Origin: a virus
Taxonomy: Duplodnaviria; Caudoviricetes
IMG/VR virus record: IMGVR_UViG_3300020707_000007
Span: 1-49,049 of that record
DNA: 49,049 nucleotides
Strand: one strand, 5' to 3'
Shown: positions 35,647 through 44,254 of the stretch, one piece after another
Numbering within the stretch: the first letter of the stretch is position 1
Layout: every line of letters begins with the position of its first letter
Made by a program: the position numbers and the translations under genes
The notes under the pieces: generated by a model
Seen by the model: the letters and a program-made list of their open reading frames with translations, nothing else
Database searches by the model: none
Told to the model about the DNA's origin: nothing

Positions 35647-36459
35647 ATGAAACTTACAAACAAATTTAACCTGCCTGACCCAATAGTCAACGCAGTACAA
35701 AACCAAGGGTATACCCCAGGTAGTAGTGATATTACGGTTACGCAGCTAATCCAACCGCCTTTGATTCGTCAATTACGGATACAGCACGATAATGACATCG
35801 AGGAAGATGCTTCAGACCGTGTTTGGGCGTTGTTTGGGACTGCAGTCCATCACCTGCTTGAAATGGCCTATAAAGGGCGTACAGCACGTGTAGAGGAGCG
35901 AGTCTATGCCGAGGTATCAGGATGGAAGTTAGGGGGCGCATTCGACGTTTTAGAGGGTTCTAGCCTATCTGATTACAAGGTGACTTCCGTATACTCTTCA
36001 GACGGCAAAATTGAGTGGGAACGCCAGTTAAACGTCTTGAGATGGCTATTGCATAAAAACAACACAGAAGTGACAAAATTGAGCATTACAGCCATTTTTA
36101 GGGATTGGAGACCTCGTGAGGCACAGAAAAACCCTGACTATCCTAGAAGACCAATTATGACCCTTCCTGTACGGATGTGGACACTAGATGAGGCAGAGGC
36201 TTATGTCAAAGAACGTATTGCATTGCATCAATTAGCCGAGCCACCAATGTGTACAGATGAGGAAAGATGGACTACTCCTGAACAGTGGGCTTTGATGAAG
36301 AAGGGTGGCAAACGAGCTATCAAACTATATCCGTCACAAGAGGGTGTTACACTCGGCACAGACCAGTTCTGGGAACATAGACCAGCTACTTACCGACGAT
36401 GTGAAGATTACTGCTCTGTTGCGAAATGGTGTCCTTTGTGGCAAGATGTAACTTTCTAA
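35647..36459 (+). CDS. Cas4/RecB-like PD-(D/E)XK exonuclease
   Basis: GTAVH..LE, G.FD, DYK, QLN, C..YC....WC. Confidence 0.8.
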   Translation: MKLTNKFNLPDPIVNAVQNQGYTPGSSDITVTQLIQPPLIRQLRIQHDNDIEEDASDRVWALFGTAVHHLLEMAYKGRTARVEERVYAEVSGWKLGGAFDVLEGSSLSDYKVTSVYSSDGKIEWERQLNVLRWLLHKNNTEVTKLSITAIFRDWRPREAQKNPDYPRRPIMTLPVRMWTLDEAEAYVKERIALHQLAEPPMCTDEERWTTPEQWALMKKGGKRAIKLYPSQEGVTLGTDQFWEHRPATYRRCEDYCSVAKWCPLWQDVTF

Positions 36460-36468
36460 GGAGAGTTT

Positions 36469-36951
36469 ATGTTGACGCAAGAATTGGCAAACAAGTATTT
36501 TGAATATAAGGATGGCACTTTGTATTGGAAAGAAAAGACAAGCAACAAGAGTAACGTAAAGATTGGTGATGCTTGTGGTCGTCAAAACAAAGATGGATAT
36601 ATTCAAACAACGGTACATCACAAACTATATGGTAATCACAGGATTATATTTTTGATGCACCACGGATACTTGCCAAAAGAGATTGACCATATTGACGGAA
36701 ACCCATTTAATAACAGGATTGAAAATTTAAGAGAGGCTACGAGGGCCGAAAACCAATACAACAGAAAAGTTGGTAAAAACAACACATCTGGTGTAAAAGG
36801 TGTAAATTGGCACAAATATAAACAGAAGTGGACTGCTAAAACTAGCGTAAATGGTAAGAGGCATTACTTGGGATATTTTGACACAATTGAAGACGCTGCA
36901 AAAGTAATTCACCAGTTTAGAGAAGACAACCACGGCAATTTTGCTAGGTAG
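36469..36951 (+). CDS. HNH endonuclease with AP2-like C-terminal domain
   Basis: HRII...IDHIDGN..NNRIENLR...N; SGVKGV.W...YLGYF. Confidence 0.9.
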   Translation: MLTQELANKYFEYKDGTLYWKEKTSNKSNVKIGDACGRQNKDGYIQTTVHHKLYGNHRIIFLMHHGYLPKEIDHIDGNPFNNRIENLREATRAENQYNRKVGKNNTSGVKGVNWHKYKQKWTAKTSVNGKRHYLGYFDTIEDAAKVIHQFREDNHGNFAR

Positions 36952-36988
36952 TATGGTCTAACGTAACCTTTTAAGATAAACTAACAAA

Positions 36989-37054
36989 TGACACGGCAAG
37001 CACTCATCCCCCACTTCCCCCCGACGGTTCCCCTCCGTCTAGCTTGTCGTGTCA
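36989..37054 (+). ncRNA. Candidate sRNA with C-rich anti-SD loops
   Basis: 13-bp stem TGACACGGCAAGC/GCTTGTCGTGTCA, inner GACGG/CCGTC hairpin; upstream TTGCTA-N17-TAACCT (36941-69). Confidence 0.6.
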
Positions 37055-37070
37055 CCTATTAGAGATTGAT

Positions 37071-37496
37071 ATGACTACCATTGTTGGCGATTGGATTAAT
37101 AAAAAATTAGTTGCAGACAGTCAGTTTTCAGATGATGATTCTGGTATTAAATACTTTGAAGATAAGATTATTGCAATAGAAGGTGGTTACCTTGGTGTTG
37201 CAGGTAGTTGGGTAGATGGGGAAAAGGTTGTTGATTATATAAATAAGAAACAAAAGACGAAACCGAAACTACATACCGATAGTTCTTTCCTAAAATTGAC
37301 CGATGAAGGTCTTTTTTCTTGTGGAGATGACCTAGAATGGGAACGAGTTAGAACCTTTATGGCTATTGGCAGTGGCTCAATGGCTGCAGAGGTTTGCATG
37401 AGAATGGGATTAACTGCAGAAGAAGCTGTCAAATGGGCGTGTAATGTGGACTTAAAAAGCCACGAGCCAGTCAAAACATATAAATTGGGCGAATAA
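37071..37496 (+). CDS. HslV/proteasome-beta-like Ntn peptidase
   Basis: N-terminal MTTI, ADSQ, K, GVAG, AIGSG, A...D. Confidence 0.75.
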   Translation: MTTIVGDWINKKLVADSQFSDDDSGIKYFEDKIIAIEGGYLGVAGSWVDGEKVVDYINKKQKTKPKLHTDSSFLKLTDEGLFSCGDDLEWERVRTFMAIGSGSMAAEVCMRMGLTAEEAVKWACNVDLKSHEPVKTYKLGE

Positions 37497-37497
37497 C

Positions 37498-38454
37498 ATG
37501 GTACAAGCACGATGTAGCGATGAAGATTTTATAGAACTGTGGCGAAAGCATAAATCTGGAACCAAAGTAGCAAAAATATTAGAGATTGATGTCCGAGCGA
37601 CAATGGGGCGACGAAAGCGAATAGAAAAGAAATACAACATTAAATTAGAAGCAAAAGAATATGGCACTCCTAGATTAACTATTCCTGAGAACAAAGTCCG
37701 CACCAATCTTTCTATGGAAAATGGAACGATTGTTGTGGGTTCTGATTGCCACTACTGGCCTGGATATGTCAGTACCGCCCATAGAGCATTTGTACATTTA
37801 ATTACACGTTTAAAACCACAGGGAATAGTTCTTAACGGTGACATTATGGATAATGCCACGATTAGCCAGCACAATAGGATTGGGTGGGATAAAGCCCCAA
37901 CTGTGAAGGAAGAATTGGAAGAAGTACAGGCTCGTCTAGGTGATATTGAGAAGGTTAGACCTGCAGGAGCATTTATGCACCGCACCATTGGTAATCACGA
38001 CCTACGCTTTGATGGCAAATTATCTAATGTATTAGGGCAGTATGAGGGCGTACCTGGTATGGCACTAGCCGACCATTTACCTGGATGGACATACAGTTGG
38101 TCATTGATGGTTAACAACACTTGTATGATTAAGCACCGTTGGCATAATGGTCAACATGGTGTATTTAACAACACCCTTAAATCGGGGGTAAGTATGGTTA
38201 CAGGTCATCTACATTCCTTGAAAGTGACTCCGTGGACTGACTATAATGGTGACAGATATGGCGTTGACACAGGAACAATGTCGGCAATTGGAGGAGACAA
38301 GTACATCTACACGGAAGACTCGCCCGTCAATTGGCGTTCAGGATTCGCAGTACTTACATTCCGTGATGGAGAACTTATGCCGCCAGAACTTGTACAAGTC
38401 ATTAGTGAGGATGATGGATTGGTGTTCTTTCGAGGAGAGGTAATAAAGGTCTAA
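37498..38454 (+). CDS. Calcineurin-like metallophosphoesterase with N-terminal HTH
   Basis: SDCH, NGDIMD, GNHD, GHLH. Confidence 0.85.
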   Translation: MVQARCSDEDFIELWRKHKSGTKVAKILEIDVRATMGRRKRIEKKYNIKLEAKEYGTPRLTIPENKVRTNLSMENGTIVVGSDCHYWPGYVSTAHRAFVHLITRLKPQGIVLNGDIMDNATISQHNRIGWDKAPTVKEELEEVQARLGDIEKVRPAGAFMHRTIGNHDLRFDGKLSNVLGQYEGVPGMALADHLPGWTYSWSLMVNNTCMIKHRWHNGQHGVFNNTLKSGVSMVTGHLHSLKVTPWTDYNGDRYGVDTGTMSAIGGDKYIYTEDSPVNWRSGFAVLTFRDGELMPPELVQVISEDDGLVFFRGEVIKV

Positions 38455-38455
38455 T

Positions 38456-38665
38456 ATGGATATTAAAGTCAAAATCATTAAGGAAAACAAAGATGGTTCA
38501 GCCAATGCTCAAGTCGATTTCGATAAAGAAGGGCTTGAAACACTTGTCCAATGGGGGCTTGTTGCTATGCTTACCAAAGCAATTGATGAATACAAGGTTA
38601 GACCCGATGAAGATGAAGTCACTCTTGAGCCTGAATTCCCAATCAAGAAAAGGAAAAAGAAATGA
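38456..38665 (+). CDS. Hypothetical protein
   Basis: KEN.DGSA motif. Confidence 0.55.
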   Translation: MDIKVKIIKENKDGSANAQVDFDKEGLETLVQWGLVAMLTKAIDEYKVRPDEDEVTLEPEFPIKKRKKK

Positions 38666-38674
38666 GGTACTATC

Positions 38675-39187
38675 GTGAACCGTAATTGGGATAAATGCTT
38701 TGACCTAGTTATTGTCAACGAGGGAGGCTACGTTGATAATCCTGCCGACCCTGGAGGTGCTACTAACTGGGGATGTACTAAAGCTGTATGGGAACAATAC
38801 ATAGGGCATGAAGTTTCAAAAGAAGATATACGCAATCTGACAAAAGAAGACGTTAAGCCACTTTATAAAAGGAACTATTGGGATGCCATACACGGAGATG
38901 CTCTTCCTTCGGGACTTGACTATTGCCTTTTTGATTGTGCTATCAATAGTGGTGTTGGCCGTGCAACCAAGTTTATCCAAGAAATTGTGGGTGTTTTTGC
39001 TGATGGTGCAATCGGCAATAATACTGTTACTGCTATAAATCAAATGAATACAGTAACAATGATTAATGAGTTTTCGGATAAGCGTCAAGCATTCCTAGAG
39101 ACACTCAAGACTTTCCCTGTATTTGGCAAAGGTTGGACTAAACGGGTAACTGAAGTTAGAATTAAATCTTTAGAAATGGCGGAATAA
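38675..39187 (+). CDS. Endolysin, glycoside hydrolase family 108 with PG-binding domain
   Basis: EGGYVD.P.DPGGATNWG, FD.A.NSG, DG.IG..T, FGKGW..R. Confidence 0.9.
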   Translation: MNRNWDKCFDLVIVNEGGYVDNPADPGGATNWGCTKAVWEQYIGHEVSKEDIRNLTKEDVKPLYKRNYWDAIHGDALPSGLDYCLFDCAINSGVGRATKFIQEIVGVFADGAIGNNTVTAINQMNTVTMINEFSDKRQAFLETLKTFPVFGKGWTKRVTEVRIKSLEMAE

Positions 39188-39188
39188 T

Positions 39189-39338
39189 ATGGCAACTAAA
39201 CCTGGTTTGTACGCAAACATTCATGCTAAACAAAAACGTATCAAGGCTGGTTCAGGCGAGAAGATGAGAAAGCCTGGAACTAAAGGTGCTCCTACTGCTA
39301 AAGCATTCAAAGAGTCCGCTAAGACTGCTAAAAAGTGA
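39189..39338 (+). CDS. Small basic peptide, 49 aa (MATKPGLYANIHAKQKRIKAGSGEKMRKPGTKGAPTAKAFKESAKTAKK)
   Basis: Hand-translated; starts 1 nt after endolysin stop. Confidence 0.7.
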   Translation: MATKPGLYANIHAKQKRIKAGSGEKMRKPGTKGAPTAKAFKESAKTAKK

Positions 39339-39427
39339 GGGGACAGCCTCTCGACTCCCGATTCGTTGATGGTCTAGTTGGAAAGCCACAAAACAACTAG
39401 ATTAAGCATACCCTCTCGGTGGCTTGA

Positions 39428-39841
39428 CTATTTGATACCCACTTGTTCTCGAATCCACTCTTGAAGTGACTCAAGTTGCTGAGTCGTCATTGCACATTTT
39501 TCAACAAATTGTGGGTCGGAGGGCGTTCCATCAACGAAGGGGACGGCTGTGCTGGTGATGGACATTGCACTGCTACTGGCGTTGACGTGCAACCCACCAT
39601 AGTAAGTATGAATGCGAGCAATACTATTCTTGTAATCATTGGTAATTCTCTCCGTTGTTACTTGTTGTTCCTTGAGGATTTGTTCATTCTTTGCTTCTTG
39701 CGCTTTTCCTGCTGCTTCAACACGCTCCTGATATGCCATAAATCGTGAATGCTCAAAGCTATAGCCAAGATACACGCACCCACAAAGTACCAAAGCAACC
39801 AATCCAATTTTGACATAATTAATAACCGATAAAGGGAACAT
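39428..39841 (-). CDS. i-spanin (Rz-like)
   Basis: N-terminal TM helix, coiled coil, C...LQEW end. Confidence 0.75.
   Translation of the reverse strand: MFPLSVINYVKIGLVALVLCGCVYLGYSFEHSRFMAYQERVEAAGKAQEAKNEQILKEQQVTTERITNDYKNSIARIHTYYGGLHVNASSSAMSITSTAVPFVDGTPSDPQFVEKCAMTTQQLESLQEWIREQVGIK
39487..39639 (-). CDS. o-spanin (Rz1-like) embedded in i-spanin
   Basis: Alternate frame MITRIVLLAFILTMVGCTSTPVAVQCPSPAQPSPSLMERPPTHNLLKNVQ; lipobox MVGC, Pro-rich. Confidence 0.8.
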   Translation of the reverse strand: MITRIVLLAFILTMVGCTSTPVAVQCPSPAQPSPSLMERPPTHNLLKNVQ

Positions 39842-40062
39842 TATTGTGGCTCCGCATCTTTTTTCATCATTACAGAAGCACCACCTGCACCAGACACAAT
39901 GCCTAATGCTTCAGCAAGTTCTCTAAGGCTAACAGTAGTGTGCATTACTTCAAAAGCCGCAATTACGATAACAGCAATAAAACCAAGAAACCAAGTTACT
40001 CGACCAATGTCATAAGTTTCATTATCTTTACCAGTTAAAAGGTGTTGGAATATCTGTTTCAT
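39841..40062 (-). CDS. Probable holin
   Basis: Two TM segments, charged tail, next to spanins. Confidence 0.6.
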   Translation of the reverse strand: MKQIFQHLLTGKDNETYDIGRVTWFLGFIAVIVIAAFEVMHTTVSLRELAEALGIVSGAGGASVMMKKDAEPQ

Positions 40063-40415
40063 TTTTTTGTTGTAATGGTATCTGAACCTTTGGTTATTGT
40101 GACTTTATCGCCATCTACAGTAACTGACATTGGGGGTTCTTTATCTGCCAAATGGTCTAGTTTTTCAATTAAATTTTGAATAACGGCAAACTCAGGCTTT
40201 TCTTCTTTTTCAGTTGTACCTGATACAGCGTTCATCATATTGATAATAGCCATAATTGCACCACCAGCCATACCAATAACTGCGGCAATTTTAGAAGCGT
40301 CTAAAAATATACTAGCGGCAACGCTAATAACAATAATTGCTGTAATGTAAGCCAATCCATGTTGACCAATGGATTTACCAGCTACTTCTTTTGCGGATTC
40401 AATTTGTTCGTTCAT
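40059..40415 (-). CDS. Membrane protein (2 TM), lysis region
   Basis: Hydrophobic hairpin plus soluble C-terminus. Confidence 0.5.
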   Translation of the reverse strand: MNEQIESAKEVAGKSIGQHGLAYITAIIVISVAASIFLDASKIAAVIGMAGGAIMAIINMMNAVSGTTEKEEKPEFAVIQNLIEKLDHLADKEPPMSVTVDGDKVTITKGSDTITTKK

Positions 40416-40606
40416 TTTATTGGAAAGTGTCCTGTACCTGCAGCCCACATTAATAGTGCAACAGCAGCAAAGCCAATGAGTTTGGTAATCCGTTTAACAA
40501 CAGATTCGCCTACGGAGGTATAAAAATTCTTAATAACTTTTTCGGTAACTCTTTCTACAAGCTCCTCAAGTTGTTCGTCGGTTAATGGTAATTGAGTATT
40601 TGACAT
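40412..40606 (-). CDS. Small membrane protein (holin/antiholin-like)
   Basis: Acidic N-helix, C-terminal TM. Confidence 0.5.
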   Translation of the reverse strand: MSNTQLPLTDEQLEELVERVTEKVIKNFYTSVGESVVKRITKLIGFAAVALLMWAAGTGHFPIK

Positions 40607-40608
40607 GA

Positions 40609-41007
40609 TTAGGTAGCTTGGGTTTGTGCAGTTAGTATGCCGTTGGTAAATGTCATGCTTCCGTTGGTGCCGCCAGAAGTTAATTTAGCTGTAGTAATTG
40701 TGACAGATAACCCAGTTGGTGTGCCTGTAATTGCTGAATAAGGAATAGTAGTAGAGGCTGTAACTGGCCCTGTGTTATGACCGTATAAATATCCAGTTAA
40801 TCCTGGAGTTTGAATATTTGATAAATTTGTATTGGCAACGTTACCGCCTGTAATATTGACATTATCATAATTTTGATAAGCCATTGTTCCTAGCTGGTCT
40901 AAATTACCATTGGTTTGAGAAAAAATGGTATAAAACCAATCCCTAAATTGTCTAGTATCTAATGCTTGATTGGTTGGAGGAGGGGGAGGAAGCATCTTGA
41001 TTGGCAT
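40609..41007 (-). CDS. Tail needle/fibre-like virion protein
   Basis: LGTMAYQN...VNITGG and GS.TFTNGILT motifs. Confidence 0.5.
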   Translation of the reverse strand: MPIKMLPPPPPTNQALDTRQFRDWFYTIFSQTNGNLDQLGTMAYQNYDNVNITGGNVANTNLSNIQTPGLTGYLYGHNTGPVTASTTIPYSAITGTPTGLSVTITTAKLTSGGTNGSMTFTNGILTAQTQAT

Positions 41008-42335
41008 TACTCATCCTCTTCCATTTCGTCATAGCACCAATTCTCAGCATATCCATACTTCTGTAAAGCGGGGATTTGATGCTCCATACCCTCACCAATG
41101 TCATCCCTTACGTTAATACAGTCAGGAATCTCAATTTTCTTGACGTTTTTATAGGCACGTTCACAGGCTTGTTTAACGGTCTTTCCTACCCCGTTTGCAA
41201 CGAGTACATAGTCACCTGCCGTCACTAAGCAAGGACGCTCTACAACCCCGTTTTCGTCGTTCTGAGGGGCATTGCCAACCATGACCTCACATAAGGCATA
41301 ATCTTTTGTTAATTCATCTGGAAGACCATAGATAGGAAATCCTGTATGGTCACGCCCCGTAGTCTTAGACCTAGGGTAATCCCCAATAGGGATAACAATG
41401 CCAGTAGCAGTGTCGTAGCTAACTTTGAGAGTATCTTTGCCATCTAATAGGTCACACATCCAATCTACAACAGACCCCTTATGGAGGGCTTGCTGAATGT
41501 TAAATAAAGGCCATCCTTTACGCATAGTCCACTCTAATGGGCGTGGCTCACCTTTTTCATCAATAATGAATGCCAAGTCTACATATCCAGTATGTCCGAT
41601 ATAGCATAGGTAGTCTTCAAAGCGTTTGAGGGTGTCATTGAATAGGTTGGACTCGGTGTAATACTTAATGACAGTTCCCTGTTCACCTGTATTACAGCCA
41701 TAGTTACCTGACATGAGCTTCTTATGCTCAAAGCCTTCTAGGATGTTCTTACCAAATCCATTAGGGCCTATCCAAGCACCTACTCCGAACTCTATTCCTG
41801 GGACAAACTCTTGTAGGATGAAATCACGTCGTTTACCAGTTTCTTTCCATCGTTGAAGCATGAAGACCATATCTGCCGCTGATTTAGATACATAAGATAG
41901 AGCCTTGTCTGCATCACCACTGGGTTTAGAGACGTATCGTTTGGGATTAGCTTTAACAAAGTCGATAGCACTGTTGTAGTCCTTAAATTCAAATGAAGGA
42001 ATAACTGATAATCCAGCCTTCTTCATAATGTCTTGACCATAATCACGGTCTAGTTCTAGTTTTGCACCAAGCATATTGGTACCGATAATTGGGTAACCCT
42101 CTTCATGGAACTTTTCTAGTTCACGCATTTCAAAAGCGTTATCCGATAATACGATGAGGTCTGCTTGTCTGGCATGGATTTGCCAGTTCTGTACTTGGTC
42201 AATCAATCCACGACCAATCTTAGAACGCTCCTGACCGTGTGGACGCACCCATTGTTTTACTTCGTGTCCTTCAGCAAGACAACGAATACCAAAGTCAACC
42301 AATGCTCCTGCAGGGTCAAGCAATAATATGCGCAT
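41007..42335 (-). CDS. PurD(GARS)-like ATP-grasp ligase
   Basis: AKLELDR, VSKP.G, LQEFVPG.E, EHKKL..GN.G.NTGEQGT, LEW..R.G.P, R.DIG. Confidence 0.8.
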   Translation of the reverse strand: MRILLLDPAGALVDFGIRCLAEGHEVKQWVRPHGQERSKIGRGLIDQVQNWQIHARQADLIVLSDNAFEMRELEKFHEEGYPIIGTNMLGAKLELDRDYGQDIMKKAGLSVIPSFEFKDYNSAIDFVKANPKRYVSKPSGDADKALSYVSKSAADMVFMLQRWKETGKRRDFILQEFVPGIEFGVGAWIGPNGFGKNILEGFEHKKLMSGNYGCNTGEQGTVIKYYTESNLFNDTLKRFEDYLCYIGHTGYVDLAFIIDEKGEPRPLEWTMRKGWPLFNIQQALHKGSVVDWMCDLLDGKDTLKVSYDTATGIVIPIGDYPRSKTTGRDHTGFPIYGLPDELTKDYALCEVMVGNAPQNDENGVVERPCLVTAGDYVLVANGVGKTVKQACERAYKNVKKIEIPDCINVRDDIGEGMEHQIPALQKYGYAENWCYDEMEEDE

Positions 42336-42493
42336 TATTTCATTTTCTTTCTAGTCTTGCCTGAAGGTGGCTTACCTGCTCTAGCTTTAGAAAGAGCAAT
42401 AGCAACTGCTTGCTTCTGTGGACGACCAGCCTTCACCTCTTTGGAGATGTTAGATGAAATAGTCTTTTGTGATGAACCTGATTTAAGTGGCAT
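42335..42493 (-). CDS. Small basic peptide [10 protein letters not shown]..., copy B
   Basis: Same 52-aa protein as 415..573; TAATG-coupled to ATP-grasp gene. Confidence 0.8.
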   Translation of the reverse strand: MPLKSGSSQKTISSNISKEVKAGRPQKQAVAIALSKARAGKPPSGKTRKKMK

Positions 42494-42494
42494 A

Positions 42495-44252
42495 TTATTG
42501 TCCTTTATATGATTCAACAGTTACTTTACCGCCAGTATACAATGCAAAAGTTCGTAATAATTGTGTTTTCAATCTACGCTCTAATGGCTCTGAATTTCCA
42601 CCTTCTTTTTGAAGTTTGTCAATTTGCTTAACAATTTTTCTGTATTTATCTAACTCTTTTGGAGTTGCTAAACCAGATGCTTCAAGAAGTTTATCCATTC
42701 TTTTAAACTCTGTTTTAATTTCACCAACATTAGTGTTGGCTAATCTTTGTTGAATAGCTTTATCTAAAACAGGTTTAAGGTATGGGTCTTTAGAAATTTG
42801 AAGTGCCATTTTCTTGGCTTCTCCAGTTTTTCCGTACTGAGAAATAATATAAGGAATCTTGTCTTTAGCTTCAGCAGTTTTCTCTGCTCTAAATGCTTCA
42901 CGATATGCTTTTTCAGGAGTGCCTAAATTATTCTTTTCTGCCCATTGAGAAAATGCTTCACGCAAATCTGTTCTGATATTTTTAGCCGTTGCAGCATCAA
43001 CTGCAGCTTCTCCAGTAGCACCAATTTTTGGTTGCCATTTTCTAATAAGGTCATCTACAGTTTGAGCATATTGTCTTCTTGAAGCAATACTACCCATATC
43101 AGTTTCAAGAGCTTGTTTTAAACCTCTTAAATCTGTATTGCTTATTCCGCCAGCATCACGTCCTTTAGCAAGAATTGGCTGTAAATCAGATAAGAACTTT
43201 TTGTATTCTGGACTAGAAGAAAATCTATCTTCAGGTCTCATTTTTACAGTTGTTTTATTAACATTAGAATAAAATTCATCACGCAATGCAGTGGATACAG
43301 GAACTTCTTTTTTAGTGATTGGGTCTTTAGGTAATTCTTTTGTTATCGTTTCACCAGTAGGCTTTAATGTTGAAGGCTTAATACCAACGCCTGGTACGCT
43401 CATATCTGTTCCTGGAACCATTAATTCACGACCAGTTTCAGGAGCCAACACTTCAGTAGGCTTGCCATACCCAAATTTTTGTTTTAATTCTTCTTGAGTT
43501 TGTGATTGGAATTTTTTACCAACCTCTCCTTCAACCATTTCTGTTGGTTGACCAAATGCTTGTTTTTGCCTAAACATAGCTTGAGCAGTACGTTGCTCTG
43601 GAGTTTGACCTAATGTTCCACCTAATTGTGCAAGTGCAGTAGCACCACGGCCTTGTAATGCGGCAAATGTAGATTTACCAAGTGCTAATACAGATTGAGA
43701 TAATTTCTGACCAACAATATCACCAGTCAACCCAGAAAGAGCTTGTAATGGTAATGTTACTGCAGGTGGTTGACCAGTTTCTTCTCCATATGCTCCAGTA
43801 AGGTATTGCAATGCACTACCAGCGGCACCGCCCATTGCACGAGGAATGGCTGGTACAGCTTCCATACTATAGCCAAGTGCTTTAATATAAGCATTAGGGG
43901 CTTTTTGTAATACTTTTGGAAGTCCGTATCCAATTGCAGCACCTACTCCAGTAGATACTCCTAATTCACTGGCACGTTGCCCCATAGGTTTTTGTATTGG
44001 AGCAACTGGCTCATACATTTTCCCACCGCTTGCCTCATCCAATTTTTTTGTAAGGTCTGTGGTTAATGCCTGTGGTCTTGTTAATAGAGATTTAATATCA
44101 ACAATACCACCTTGTTTCAATACTTTTTCAGATACATCACCAATGGCTTTACCAGCCTTTTGCAACATTGATGGCTCTGGAGCCTCTTCCCAATTATCAC
44201 CAGCAGGAGAGACTGTTACCGAAGCAGATGGAGCATCTTCCCATTGAGCCAT
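42495..44252 (-). CDS. Internal virion/ejection protein (gp16 position), allele B
   Basis: Same locus as 573..2033, little recognisable identity. Confidence 0.6.
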   Translation of the reverse strand: MAQWEDAPSASVTVSPAGDNWEEAPEPSMLQKAGKAIGDVSEKVLKQGGIVDIKSLLTRPQALTTDLTKKLDEASGGKMYEPVAPIQKPMGQRASELGVSTGVGAAIGYGLPKVLQKAPNAYIKALGYSMEAVPAIPRAMGGAAGSALQYLTGAYGEETGQPPAVTLPLQALSGLTGDIVGQKLSQSVLALGKSTFAALQGRGATALAQLGGTLGQTPEQRTAQAMFRQKQAFGQPTEMVEGEVGKKFQSQTQEELKQKFGYGKPTEVLAPETGRELMVPGTDMSVPGVGIKPSTLKPTGETITKELPKDPITKKEVPVSTALRDEFYSNVNKTTVKMRPEDRFSSSPEYKKFLSDLQPILAKGRDAGGISNTDLRGLKQALETDMGSIASRRQYAQTVDDLIRKWQPKIGATGEAAVDAATAKNIRTDLREAFSQWAEKNNLGTPEKAYREAFRAEKTAEAKDKIPYIISQYGKTGEAKKMALQISKDPYLKPVLDKAIQQRLANTNVGEIKTEFKRMDKLLEASGLATPKELDKYRKIVKQIDKLQKEGGNSEPLERRLKTQLLRTFALYTGGKVTVESYKGQ

Positions 44253-44254
44253 TA

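Noticed and set aside
35647-36459. Cas4-like gene as sign of a CRISPR system
   Set aside because: No repeat-spacer array or other cas genes; context is phage recombination next to SSB
41007-42335. Gene symbol purD / auxiliary metabolic gene call
   Set aside because: Lacks recognisable PurD N-terminal substrate motifs and sits in a structural operon
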